Of a stretch of 47,044 nt of DNA, positions 17,932 to 29,500 are shown piece after piece. The stretch is from positions 1 to 47,044 of IMG/VR virus record IMGVR_UViG_3300017903_002920; one strand, 5' to 3'. The stretch comes from a virus. Taxonomy: Duplodnaviria > Caudoviricetes. The stretch's first letter is position 1. The number at the start of each line of letters is the position of its first letter. The position numbers and the translations under genes were made by a program. The notes below the pieces were generated by a model. The model saw only the letters and a program-made list of their open reading frames with translations, had not been told where the DNA came from and did not search any database.

Positions 17932-18318
17932 TTAAGAGGACTTGTATAACTTCTCTAGTACCTCTTTTGTATCTCTCACATTACCTAAGTAACCCATCTT
18001 TCTATCTAACTTAGAGAAGTTACCTTGATTAGCTTTTCTTACATAGTCTTGATAGTTCATAATCATTTCAATGTTCTCTGATTCAGACATTGTAAGAACA
18101 TCTTCAATATTGATTATGAATAAGTCTTCATGAGAAGTCTTCAACCATGGTTCAAATATATAACCAGTAACAGAACCTCTTGTTTTAATAGGTTGAACTT
18201 GAATTGGATGAGATAGAAGTAGCATTGTTCTATCATCCTCTTCAGATGCTGCTACTTTAGTAAATATCTCATCACCACATTTAAGTTTAATTGTTGCGTA
18301 AAAATCTTCTTCAATCAT
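17932..18318 (-). CDS. Conserved cyanomyophage protein between uvsW and g55 (Sm-like paralog)
   Basis: ATIKLKCGDEIFTKV...HP...EPWLK...FIINIEDVLTM; AAGGAG SD. Confidence 0.8.
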   Translation of the reverse strand: MIEEDFYATIKLKCGDEIFTKVAASEEDDRTMLLLSHPIQVQPIKTRGSVTGYIFEPWLKTSHEDLFIINIEDVLTMSESENIEMIMNYQDYVRKANQGNFSKLDRKMGYLGNVRDTKEVLEKLYKSS

Positions 18319-18328
18319 ATACTCTCCT

Positions 18329-19795
18329 TTAATCTTTTATATCGATAGTAAATATGTCATAATTGAACTGTTCTGAAACATATATTTTCACACGTTCAAT
18401 AAAATGATTTAATGTATAATTCTTTCTTGAACCAATAGTAAAGTCATCTGCAATATCATAAAGTTTTGCACTCACTTTATCTTTGCCTTTACGTAGTACT
18501 CTACCAATACTCTGTAAGTTTCTAACTCTAGATTTTGATGGAGAGGCAAATACTACATTATGTAAGTTTTTGATGTTAATACCAGTACTGAATGTTCCGT
18601 AAGATGCAACGATGATAGCATCCTTTTCTTTTTCAGTAATTTCTCTTACTTGCTCTCTATCCTCAGCATCTACACCACCATGAATAAAGAATACTTTTCG
18701 GTCTTCACTTACTTTTTTATTTATTAGTTCAAATAAGATTGCACCATGACTTTCAACTCTTGAATACAAGACCAAACTATTACCATCTAAATCTTTGACT
18801 AGATTAGTAATAAAATTATTTCTCTTTTCACTTGATATCAGATACTGAATTTCATCTTCATAAGTATCAAACTTCCGAGGTCTATACTTCAATACTAAAC
18901 ATTGAATATCAAGAGTTGCAAGGTGTCCTTCATCCTGTAACTTCTTTGTTTGAGTGACTTTGTATGATGGTCCAAACAATCCCTCTAACACCCATTTATG
19001 GGTCTGTGAGCCGTCTAAAGTTCCTGTAAACCCATATCTATACTTAGCATGATGTAATTTATCCATGATACTGATAAGAGACTTACTTTTAAAAAGGTGG
19101 GCCTCGTCTCCTATCACCACATCATATGGTTCAAAGAACTTTCTATCTTCTTTATAAACACTTTGCCAAGTCGTGATAGTTACTTCATTAGTATTGACTC
19201 TTTCTCTACCTTGATATATCCTGTGACAATGATTTTCAGGATCCCAACCATAAGAAGAGAAGTCCTTATACATCTGTTCAACCAATGAAGTGGTAGGAAC
19301 AACAAGCAATATTTTATTTCCACGTGCAACATGGTATCTTACAACTGAATAAATCATGAATGATTTACCAGAACCAGTTGGACTTACAAGTAATTTTCTG
19401 TTATATCTTAATGCTTCATATACACCATCAACCTGATACTCTCTTGGCGTAATTCCAGGTGCAATGGATTGCATATAATCTTTTGTTCCACCTTTACTTA
19501 CAAAGTCATTGACTTCAAATGGTGGACCATAAAATTTGTTATTTAAAAATTTATAAGTATATCCTGCATTCTCACAGAACGCAATAATCTTATCTAACAA
19601 TCCACAATATATGCGCTTTGTTTTGATATTGAAAAGGTGTATCTCACCATTCCAATTCTTGCTTCTATACTGTGGCATAAACTTTTTGTTCTCGATTTCA
19701 AAAGTAAATCGATCCCTGAGTTCATATTCCACATGGGGTTCTGTGGTTATTTTGAGGTAAACTTCGTTTACCTTTTCAATAGTCAAATCGGCCAT
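18329..19795 (-). CDS. uvsW: RNA-DNA/DNA helicase UvsW
   Basis: SPTGSGKS, DEAH, TGT and QSIGRVLR motifs. Confidence 0.97.
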   Translation of the reverse strand: MADLTIEKVNEVYLKITTEPHVEYELRDRFTFEIENKKFMPQYRSKNWNGEIHLFNIKTKRIYCGLLDKIIAFCENAGYTYKFLNNKFYGPPFEVNDFVSKGGTKDYMQSIAPGITPREYQVDGVYEALRYNRKLLVSPTGSGKSFMIYSVVRYHVARGNKILLVVPTTSLVEQMYKDFSSYGWDPENHCHRIYQGRERVNTNEVTITTWQSVYKEDRKFFEPYDVVIGDEAHLFKSKSLISIMDKLHHAKYRYGFTGTLDGSQTHKWVLEGLFGPSYKVTQTKKLQDEGHLATLDIQCLVLKYRPRKFDTYEDEIQYLISSEKRNNFITNLVKDLDGNSLVLYSRVESHGAILFELINKKVSEDRKVFFIHGGVDAEDREQVREITEKEKDAIIVASYGTFSTGINIKNLHNVVFASPSKSRVRNLQSIGRVLRKGKDKVSAKLYDIADDFTIGSRKNYTLNHFIERVKIYVSEQFNYDIFTIDIKD

Positions 19796-19824
19796 ATATA
19801 TAGGTTCTCACCTACATATATTTA

Positions 19825-20010
19825 TTACATATGTTCAAACTTATACTGTAATATAATTTTGTAAAGAAAATTTTTCATAAATTTGAGTCTTTCTTGCTCA
19901 TCGGGATGACCACCAGGCCATTTCTCATAATGAAAACTGATCGAGTTGTACAAAAGATAGACATCATTTATGTCTAAATCTATTTCTACATAAGGATATT
20001 CTTCTTCCAT
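19825..20010 (-). CDS. Small hypothetical protein
   Basis: TAATG coupling with uvsY; contains WPGGHPDEQE. Confidence 0.7.
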   Translation of the reverse strand: MEEEYPYVEIDLDINDVYLLYNSISFHYEKWPGGHPDEQERLKFMKNFLYKIILQYKFEHM

Positions 20011-20444
20011 TACCCTAGTCCCGAACTAAATCTCATGAATTCAATACTATTTTTAATTTGATAAGTTCTATTACTAATTTGTTTCAAGATCTCTTCAATA
20101 TACTTCAGCATAACATCATAATATTCACACTTCAACGAAACTCCTGAGAGTCTCTCATCCGCGTCAAGATATTTTGCCATAGTGTCTTTATCTCGGATCT
20201 TTTTGGGAAACGGATCTTTGATATAAATGTCAGGATCTGCTTTGCCGGAGTAGTACTCATATCTCTCATGTCTTATGTTTTTCTTTTGTTGCTCAGATTT
20301 TTTCCTCAGTAACATGAGATTATTGTAAATGTCATAATATTTTGCATGGAGAACGGGAATGTTCAACGATTCAGTATGTAGATTATCAATATCAATCTTT
20401 GAATCCTTTTCCCACATTTTCTGAAGTGTAGGAAGATCAATCAT
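20010..20444 (-). CDS. uvsY: Recombination mediator UvsY
   Basis: W..DS.ID...L..ESL.IP.LH.KY, YYSGKA and R.YQIKN.I motifs. Confidence 0.93.
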   Translation of the reverse strand: MIDLPTLQKMWEKDSKIDIDNLHTESLNIPVLHAKYYDIYNNLMLLRKKSEQQKKNIRHERYEYYSGKADPDIYIKDPFPKKIRDKDTMAKYLDADERLSGVSLKCEYYDVMLKYIEEILKQISNRTYQIKNSIEFMRFSSGLG

Positions 20445-20993
20445 TTAGCAACAATCCGCATCAGTTATATTATAGATAGAATACTTGAAACTGACATCGG
20501 CTGTCAAGTATTCAATATCAGTTTGAGTTGAATCAAATATAATGTCAGACAATTGATATGGAAATAAATCCTTGAGTACTACTTTAAATATAGGTCTATT
20601 GATACCATTTAATATTGAAAGTGTGCCATCAGAATATAAATTTATCCCAGTATTATCATTATTTTTTATTGGACCGGTATTTTGCCACTTATAAATCTCA
20701 TTAAGACTTTCTGGGAAACCAATACCTCTTAACCAGTTCTGTATCTCCATATAATTTTCAAGACCTTGATCAATTAAGAAACGAATTTTTAAATCATTAA
20801 ACTCAAGGATTTCTCCAGGTCTAGGAATATCCTTCAGATAAGTTGGTTGTTGCACAACACCCAATGTCATACCAGGAACATTTATTGAGTTACCATAGAA
20901 TCCTAAATGTGGTGCTCTATTAACAGTGAACTTAAATCCATTAGCCTGAAGAAAATTTCTATCAGTAATTTGTGAACTAAGAGGTTGTGCCAT
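20445..20993 (-). CDS. g3: Tail tube terminator / tail completion protein
   Basis: NFL...GFKF, PG..L, F.ID..L.NY.EI.NW and FP..LS motifs; upstream of uvsY. Confidence 0.88.
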   Translation of the reverse strand: MAQPLSSQITDRNFLQANGFKFTVNRAPHLGFYGNSINVPGMTLGVVQQPTYLKDIPRPGEILEFNDLKIRFLIDQGLENYMEIQNWLRGIGFPESLNEIYKWQNTGPIKNNDNTGINLYSDGTLSILNGINRPIFKVVLKDLFPYQLSDIIFDSTQTDIEYLTADVSFKYSIYNITDADCC

Positions 20994-21089
20994 TATTTGT
21001 TACCAAATAAATGTTTAGTAATTAATTCTATGTATGAAGGAAGCTTGCATCTTCTCATAAATATTGAAAAGTTTAATATAAAAGCTTCT

Positions 21090-21413
21090 ATGTCTTCCTT
21101 TGATTCTTCTTCATTTCAAAGTAAAATAGCAGAAATTACAGAATTGTATAATCAAGTTTATCCTACAAAGGATACTTTCCCCTTCATGACAAGAGATGAA
21201 AAGTTGGTGATCATAGATCTCTTAGATCCTCTTATGAAAAAATTAAGAGATGTTTATTCTAATTTATCTGATTATAATGAATCTGAAGCAGTTGAAATGA
21301 AAGAACAGATTGTATCAATGTCGGAAAATGTTGGAATACCAACTTCTTTAAACATTGACAGAGAATTAGGTGGCCATGATAATATGATTCGTAAAATGCG
21401 TGCACTTAATTAA
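21090..21413 (+). CDS. DUF1825-like helical protein; the only plausible plus-strand gene
   Basis: ATG 21090 follows ATAAATA (21057-21063). F.S...Q....EI.EL...VY...FP.M...EKL...LL...Y..LS.....EA.EMKE.I resembles DUF1825 as I recall it. Confidence 0.65.
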   Translation: MSSFDSSSFQSKIAEITELYNQVYPTKDTFPFMTRDEKLVIIDLLDPLMKKLRDVYSNLSDYNESEAVEMKEQIVSMSENVGIPTSLNIDRELGGHDNMIRKMRALN

Positions 21414-21439
21414 AAATTTTAATAATATATAAAAAATAT

Positions 21440-22579
21440 TTATTTTAAAAATTTCTCTCCTCTTAATCCTATTTGAAGTTGAATATGATCCTCCCGAGTA
21501 AATATACCAATATTTGATTGGGATGTGTTTCCATTAGAAATGGAATCAAGATCAATATTATATTTTAAAACTTCATCTACTCCATTTAATTGGTATTTCA
21601 TCATATCTTTTGCATTCTTGGAAGTTTTATTCCAAAATTCACTATTAAAATTAGAACCATACTGATAATGATATGCCAAAATTAATTGATGTATCCACAT
21701 TTCAGTTAAATATCTGGAGTTAAGTAATCTACGATTTACTTCTGATGGTTCTCTTAAATAATCACAAATAAAATTAGCGAACAAGTACATAAAAGCAAGA
21801 CTGAGTGCTTGTAGTGGATCAAAGAAAAATAAACGATTTCCATTTATTGCAACATTTTTATTTAATAAAAATTCTTTTGCATATCTTTGTTCCCAATGAA
21901 AAGTTTTAGTTACTTCTTTGTTGAGTTTCTTTTTAACATCATCATCAGATATATACTCACTATTAAATAAATATCCACACTTTAAAATATTTCTATCTGG
22001 AAAAGGTATACCAAACTGCCATCCATCTTCTGTTGCTTTGTGGAGAGTATGTAATGTTTGATTGTGTTTATAATAATCTATTTCTTCTTTAAAAACAGAA
22101 CAAGAATTTACAGATTTGAATACTGGTTCAAGATAACTAGATTTATCTTCCCACCCACAACAATTAATTACAAAATCAAAATCTTTTAAAAGATGATCTA
22201 CTTTATCGATTCTTTTAGCAACATATGTTGCTCTATTTGTTATTGATAGATTATTATGAATAAACTCATTAAATATTTTACTATCAAATTGTATAGCATG
22301 ATTCCCTGAACCAAAACTGTGGTAAAACTGTTTGTTACATCCCCAATCAACAAAGTTAATACCCATCTTATATGATGCAATACCCTCTTTGATTAGATCG
22401 TGAGTGCTAATACCAAGAACTTCTGTGATAAGTTTTGGAATCCAAGGAGTTGTTGATTCACCAACACTGAGATGTGGAATATTTGGATCGAAGAAAAATG
22501 TTATTTTATGACCATTATGTATACATATGAGAGCGGTTATGATCGCAGATGTTCCTCTCCCAATAATAGCAATATTCAT
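21440..22579 (-). CDS. Flavin-dependent (tryptophan) halogenase-like protein, short and divergent
   Basis: IIGRGTSA FAD loop, VGESTTP, ASYKMGINFVDW (catalytic-Lys context), GWQFGIP (WxWxIP-like) and FFDPLQA. Confidence 0.85.
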   Translation of the reverse strand: MNIAIIGRGTSAIITALICIHNGHKITFFFDPNIPHLSVGESTTPWIPKLITEVLGISTHDLIKEGIASYKMGINFVDWGCNKQFYHSFGSGNHAIQFDSKIFNEFIHNNLSITNRATYVAKRIDKVDHLLKDFDFVINCCGWEDKSSYLEPVFKSVNSCSVFKEEIDYYKHNQTLHTLHKATEDGWQFGIPFPDRNILKCGYLFNSEYISDDDVKKKLNKEVTKTFHWEQRYAKEFLLNKNVAINGNRLFFFDPLQALSLAFMYLFANFICDYLREPSEVNRRLLNSRYLTEMWIHQLILAYHYQYGSNFNSEFWNKTSKNAKDMMKYQLNGVDEVLKYNIDLDSISNGNTSQSNIGIFTREDHIQLQIGLRGEKFLK

Positions 22580-22625
22580 ATTATATCATTATTTTAATTA
22601 TATTTATTTTAATTTATGAAATACT

Positions 22626-23534
22626 TTATTGTGTAAAAGTATATGAACCAGCAGTAGACCATTTGTAGTATCTGTAAGTTGAGTTTGTTGTTACCGTTGC
22701 TCCTGAAGCAGAACCTGCAGTGTAAGCAATAGGAACTCTGATTATAACAGTTCCACTTCCACCAGAACCGCCACTATTATTAGTACTAGCTTGACCACCA
22801 CCACCACCGCCGCCGCCGCCCCCACCGCGGCCAGCAGTACCATTAAAACCATTCTGATCGCCACTGCCTCCATTTCCTGCTCCTGGTCCTCCAGTTCCTC
22901 CAGTACTGCTGCCACCGCCGCCACCGCCGCCTCCATATCCTAAAGTAGACCCAGAATAGTTGCTATTAACACCAGCTCCCCCAGTGCCTCCTGAGGATGT
23001 AGAACTTGCTTCGCCTCCAGTACCACCGGCACCTCCACCACCACCTGGCAGCGCCCCATAATAAAACGCAGTATATCCTGCTCCAGAAGTTCCATCATTA
23101 GTGGTATCGTTAAACCATGCTCCACCCTCTCCTGGATTAGCCGAAGTAGTTGAATACCTTGATATAGATCCATTAGCACCCATACCTGAACCCCCAGCAG
23201 CACCTGCTCCAACTGTTATAGATATATTGCCACCTCCCTCAGTAATAGTAGTGTTAGTAGTTACAACCTGTCCACCACCACCTCCTTGTCCTGGCCACCA
23301 ACCCCAGAAATAATAACTTGCACCACCAGCACCGCCACCACCGACTACTAAAACATTTGCAGTATAAGATGCTGGACCACTTGAAGTCCCATAAAAATCA
23401 GCTAAACTAATCGTTCCTGACGCGGGAACACCTGTATCTGCACCATAGTATTCATTAATTCCAATAGGATTAGTACCACCAAACTCAGTTTGGATATCAT
23501 TTAGTGAAATTGGTCCAGAATTTGGTAGTGCCAT
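22626..23534 (-). CDS. Glycine-rich fibre-tip adhesin-like protein (copy 1)
   Basis: N-terminal SGPISL.DIQTEFGG.NPI...EYY domain, then polyglycine runs; TAATG-coupled to the fibre gene. Confidence 0.8.
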   Translation of the reverse strand: MALPNSGPISLNDIQTEFGGTNPIGINEYYGADTGVPASGTISLADFYGTSSGPASYTANVLVVGGGGAGGASYYFWGWWPGQGGGGGQVVTTNTTITEGGGNISITVGAGAAGGSGMGANGSISRYSTTSANPGEGGAWFNDTTNDGTSGAGYTAFYYGALPGGGGGAGGTGGEASSTSSGGTGGAGVNSNYSGSTLGYGGGGGGGGSSTGGTGGPGAGNGGSGDQNGFNGTAGRGGGGGGGGGGGQASTNNSGGSGGSGTVIIRVPIAYTAGSASGATVTTNSTYRYYKWSTAGSYTFTQ

Positions 23535-26500
23535 TAGTTATTCTCCTCCAATTTTGCTTTTAAATCATCAATCTGTTTTTGCTGTTCCTTAATTGCTTCA
23601 ATTAATAGTCCAACCATATTTCCATAAGCAACAGTCTTCGTACCGTCTTCAGTAGTTCCTACAACTTCAGGTAAAACTTTTTCTACTTCTTGTGCAATCA
23701 CACCTGACTGTCTAGGTTCATCTTCTATATCTATACGATCAAAAGTTACACCACGAAGTTGTGATACTTTATTTAATGCATCAGGGATAACCTCAATGTT
23801 CTCTTTCAAGTTAATGTCAGAGTAAGCAGTGATGTTACCTGTTGCCGTAAAGGAACCATTGTCATTAAAGGTGTAACGAGTGGTCGTACCGTCACGAATG
23901 TAGAAGTTACCAATACCACTGTTCAGGTCCATATACATATGGGAACCGTTACAGAAGAACTCTACGTCATCACCACTACCAAAGCGCAGGATGTCGTTAT
24001 CTGCAAGGTCAAGGGCGGTACGGATATTCACCGTACCGTTGAATGTAATTGTTCCTGTTGCAGTATCGTTAGCATCAGACCTCAGGAAACTTGCAGCCTG
24101 AAAACCATCAACAGTATCGGCATCAAGACCGTTACCACTACCTGCACCAATAAATACTCGGACACCTGCTTGAGTTGCGTGACGGATATATCCATCATTA
24201 CCAGTTTCACAGCAAATTCTAGTTACACCCGATGATACATCATTAGGAGTTGTATTGAAGTAATTTGCAAAGATATACCCACTAGAATGTCTCTTTACGA
24301 TAGTGTTGTTTCCAGCAGATACACTAGGTTGAGCGCCATCAAGAGTATCAGCATCAAGTCCAGAACCTGAACCGTCGTTACCAGCGTGCCAAGCAGTATT
24401 ACCTCCAATAGTTGCTCCAGTATTAGAAAGTAAAACACCAGTTCCATTAATACCGTAAGTTGTGCCATCTACAAAGAATCCTCCATCAGCACGGATATAG
24501 CGCGGGGTGTAGATGTTCTTAGCAGTGCTCTGATTAATCCTCAGCCAGGTGGTGTCTTGTGTAGTAATCTCACCCATCGCTGTTGTATTGCGGTTGAAGA
24601 AAATACCTCCGCCTGTGATATTTGTTCTTTGCTCTACATATCCACTACCATAGTTGGCAACTGATGGGGTACATACACGAACACCATTCTCAGCATTGAG
24701 GTAAATAATTTCTGCAGTCTGGCTAGCAAATTTACCAGCAGACTCTCCAGCGTTTAAAACCAACTCAGTGCCGTTAGAGGTTCTAACCTCCTTAGTGTCC
24801 ACACGAGTTGCAGGCGTAATTGTGTCAGGAATGCGGGCATCAGGAATTGTTCCGGTGGTTAAATTAGAGGCGTTATTTGCTCCAATAAATGTCCTAACTG
24901 CACCCATGTCATTGCAAACTCGTAGATAGTTGTCAGTGCTGTTGTTGACACGGAATACCAGTCCACCAGAGATAGTAGATTGATTTCCGTATGTCTGTCT
25001 GATCAAACGGCAATGAATATCACCAGAGCCATTTCTTCCTGCAACAGTATTTGCAGTAGCAGCACCTGCCTGTAAGTTTTGACCATCAAGCAAATCAGCA
25101 TCTAGACCACTACCTGAACCATCATTACCTCCGTGCCAAACAGTGTTACCTCCGTAGGTTAACGCACCAGTACCTGCACGACCTAAAGCTGTGGTGTTGC
25201 TATCACCAAAGATGATGTACCCATTGGCAGAATTTTGAACTCCTTTAATTCTAATCGTGTTTGGTTGGTTTACATCACCTATCCAAGCGTCATCTCCTAT
25301 TTTTACATTAGTTCCGTTACCGTTATTCGTTAAAGTAACTTGGTTGAAACTGGGTGAGGAAGTGGTCAGTACTGCCTGGTTCAAATAGGTTGCAAATTGA
25401 TTTCCATCCCATAAGTCGGCGTCAAGACCATTACCAGAACCTTCATCTGAAGTAGTCAGTATTCTTGAACCAACACCATCTGCTAAAGATGAAAGTGTTA
25501 AATAAGCACCCTTATTTGGGGAACCAGCATAGAAAAATCTAAGATTGGCACTATTCATGTCAATAATAGTGTCACCGTTAGACTGTCCTGATGCTGATGT
25601 TAAACGTATCTGACCACCTTCAGTTGCAGAAACTGCAGTTCCACCAAATACTACTTCTGATGAATTAAAAGTAGCAACACTGGTTGAACCATTTATCTCA
25701 AATCTGTCAACAAGACTACCATCAGTTGCAAGTCTGATTTTAAATTTAGAATCTTGTGTGGTTGATGTCGAAGTCCATTGTTGTGATTTAAGAACATCAA
25801 TTGCTGCAGCAGTGATAGGAGTTGCAGATGTATTAGTTCCAAAATTCCAAGCAATATTGGATCCGTGATTTGTTGTAGCTGCTGATGAAAGATTTGCTAA
25901 TATTAGATTGGAGACATTGTTGTTATCTCCATATGCAAGAGTTAGTCTACCATTAGTATCAAAATCTGCTCTACGTGATGAATCAGAAGTACCTCCTATT
26001 CTAGCAGTACCATAAACATCTAGTTTTGCTCCTGGATTATTAATTGCGATTCCTAAGTTACCGCTGGAATCTATACGTGCTGTTTCAGTAGTTCCTCTTC
26101 TAAACGCAATATATGAGTTTGTTTGAGATTCTAGAGTTAATGGATATCCCGAAAATAATCTTAAACCCACTGATGCTCTAGTATTATATTCTAAACCAAG
26201 ACCTGCATAGTTGGTTGAATCTGTATTGAAAGTAAAATTAATTGCTCCTGTTGTACCAGTTCCTCCTGATTTTAGTTTTATTTGTGAATTACTTTGGTCT
26301 AATATTAAATTGCCGGCAACTTCAAGTTTTTCACTGGGGTTGGTCACCCCAACACCGACGTTGCCGCTGGAATCAATCCTTAATCTTTCAGATCCAGAAG
26401 TTTCAAGTACTAAGTTACCATATCCAGCATTGATGTGAGACAAACCTGCTGAATCTGAATAGAGTTTCAATCCAGATGAGTCAGCACTGTTATCCTTAAT

Positions 26501-29500
26501 GAACAACGCAGATGTACTACTCGCAGTTATAGTTGTTTCGCCACTCTCATTTATTTTGAATAACTCAGTACCACTTCCACTATGACCATTTGAAACTACA
26601 GTGAATGCTTTGGTGGTATCATTATTATTACTATCAATTGATACTTGTACACTACCTGTACTTACTATAGATAATGTATCAGCTGAGCTCGGATTATAAA
26701 GTTTTGGATATTGACTATTTGTTACATCAATTTGAAGACCATCATCAGTCGAATTTGGTTTTCCAAATCGAGCGATAGTTCCAGTTCCTCTAACGTCAAG
26801 TCCATATATTGGATTATTAGTCCCTATACCGATGTTGCCGGAGCTGTCAATACGAAGTCTTTCTGTTGGAGAACTATCGGAATTAGTACCTCTTGTATAA
26901 AATACTAGATCTCCTCTCGAATCTGAAGTATCAAATTCTTCAAATGTAATTAAAGCTGCTGAATTTGTGTGATTTGGATTAGCAGCAAAACCAATACCAA
27001 ATTCTTGTTGTACCGATGCATTTACATCTTGTGTAATACGAAGTACTTCAGTTCCACTTCCCTTAAAAGTAGAAAAACCAGTAACAACAAAAGTATCTGC
27101 TACAATATGTGAAGTATCACCACCTCCCACATTGGTAAGACCTGATCCATCACCCACAAATGAAGTTGCGGTAATAACACCTGTTGCATTAATATCGAGT
27201 GCATTCATTCCATTAGAATGTATGCTTTGACTGTGAAATTGTAAACCTATACTATGTCCAATAGTTAGAGCAGATCCAACCTGGATAGAATCATTAATAC
27301 CATCAAGAGTCAGAGAAGAAGTTCCAACAGTAAGGATTCCCGTAATTCTTGCATCACCTATTACATGAAGTTTATGTTCTGGATTTTCGGTAGCTATACC
27401 AACATTACCACTGGAATTAATACGAACTTTCTCTGTACTACTTCCATTAGTAGAAGTAAAGAATGTAAGATCTCCATCCTCAGATCCAAATGTTGCATCA
27501 GTAACAACTGATTCTATTTTAGAAATCTCACTTATGTAAGAATCTGTACCATTATCACCAGCAAATTGAATTACACCAATCTTATCATTATTACTTAGAT
27601 TTGTATCATTCTTTCTAAGTCTAATGATAGCACCGTTAGAACTACCAGTTGTAGTGACGAACTGTGCGGGTAATGTACTACCTGTTCTTACATCTAAAGG
27701 AGTATCAGGAGTATCGGTTCCTACACCAATTCTACCACTACCAGTTAAGATAATATTACTTGTTCCGGTAACATTATTACCATTAAGATCTAAATCTCCA
27801 CCAAGTTGTGGAGTAGTATCATCAACTAAGTCACTAAGTACATTTGTAAGACTCGAACCATCTCCGACATATGAAGTTGCAGTAATCACACCAGATGAAT
27901 TAATATTTCTAACTGATGTGAAATCATCAAAGTTTGCTTCAATATTTCCAACAGCAAACTTGGTTCCTGATGACATTGATGTTGTACCAACACCAAATGC
28001 ATAATTTGATAACCATGCATCAGTATTAAGACCAGTAAAAGAATTGGTCTTAAACCACATAATTTTCTTGTATGTTGGTGCTAATGTCTCACCTGCACCA
28101 ACAAGATTAATAAGTGGACTACCTTCAGTCGAAGCAAGAGCAACACCACCATGACTTGCAGTGTCATCAGTTGAAATATCTTGTCCGTTCGCATCGGTTC
28201 TATAGCCGAGAATAATATCGGGATCAGTAATTGTTAAAGTTTCTGCAGAAATTGTTGCTGATGTACCACCAATAGTTAAATTACCGTCAACATGAATGTT
28301 TCTTGTAACTTGTAAGTCCCGAGTAATTAAAAGATCCTGACCAATATTTACATCACCACTAAGTGTTGATACTCCACTCACAATTAAAGTGTTAGTACTT
28401 ACATTAGCAGTATCACCAAGTCCAGTAAGATTTGAACCATCACCATAATATGTGGTTGCTTCAATTGCAGTAACACCAGTTACAACACCTAAAGTTGATA
28501 CTCCAGTAACAACCAAAGTATCTGTTCTTACATTAGCAGTATCACCAAGTCCAGTAAGATTTGAACCATCACCATAGAATGATTGTGCTGTTAAAATACC
28601 AGATATTATTGCATTACCATTCACACTGAATTTTGAAGATGGATTTGTAGAACCAATCCCTACATAACCACCAGATGTTATTCTGATTCTTTCCTCAGGT
28701 GATGTTGATAATGGTGGGCATGTCCAAAATTCTATTCTACCGGGAGTATTGTCTGGAGAACCTGAAAAATCTTCATCTGCTTTAAAATCAATTTTAGCAT
28801 TAGTTCTTACAAAACCAACATCATTAGAACCAAATGCTTGTAACGATCCAAGAACATTACCTTCACTTACGGCATCATTTGAATTAGTTTCTGTACCAGT
28901 TGTTTTGGTGAAAAATATACCTGGAAATCCGTTATTTCTTGCTCCTACTACTATTTGATTAGCACTACCACCCATGAATGGGGAAATATAATGTGTTCTT
29001 GAAAAACTTGCGACATTATACTTAGAACTTAAATTCGATAAAATACTACCATTTGAAAGTATTCGTAAACTTTCAGATAAAGTATTATCTGATGTATTAA
29101 GTCTTGTTGAAAAGGCTAAGTCACCAATAGTATTATTGGAACTATTAGTCAACAAACCCTTTATGGCAGCAAATCCAGCACTTCCCGCAACATCCCCTTG
29201 TTGTGTTGAGAAAATAATACCACCACCATTACCAGAATTATTTGCATCATCGCTCAATCTCAGAAATGAATCAAAACTTCCCGAGTCACTTATATCTGAT
29301 GTTGTCTGACCCTCTCCCTTGATGTGAAGTCCTGCAAGAGGGTTTGTCGTGCCAATACCAACACTACCTATAATAGATGCGTTCTTTTCTACTGAAAGAG
29401 TTTCATCTACTGTGAGTGAACCACCAATTGAAACATTATTGGTGACTCCTATACTTAGAGAAGTTATATTGTTGGTTACTATTAGACTACCACTTATTGT

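Noticed and set aside
20985-21089. TTG-started extension of the plus-strand gene
   Set aside because: It overlaps the g3 start and contains the gene's own late box; ATG 21090 fits better.
22790-23345. CCA/CCG-rich periodic DNA (also 44660-45295) as a repeat array or CRISPR
   Set aside because: It is explained by glycine codons and has no constant repeat-spacer structure.
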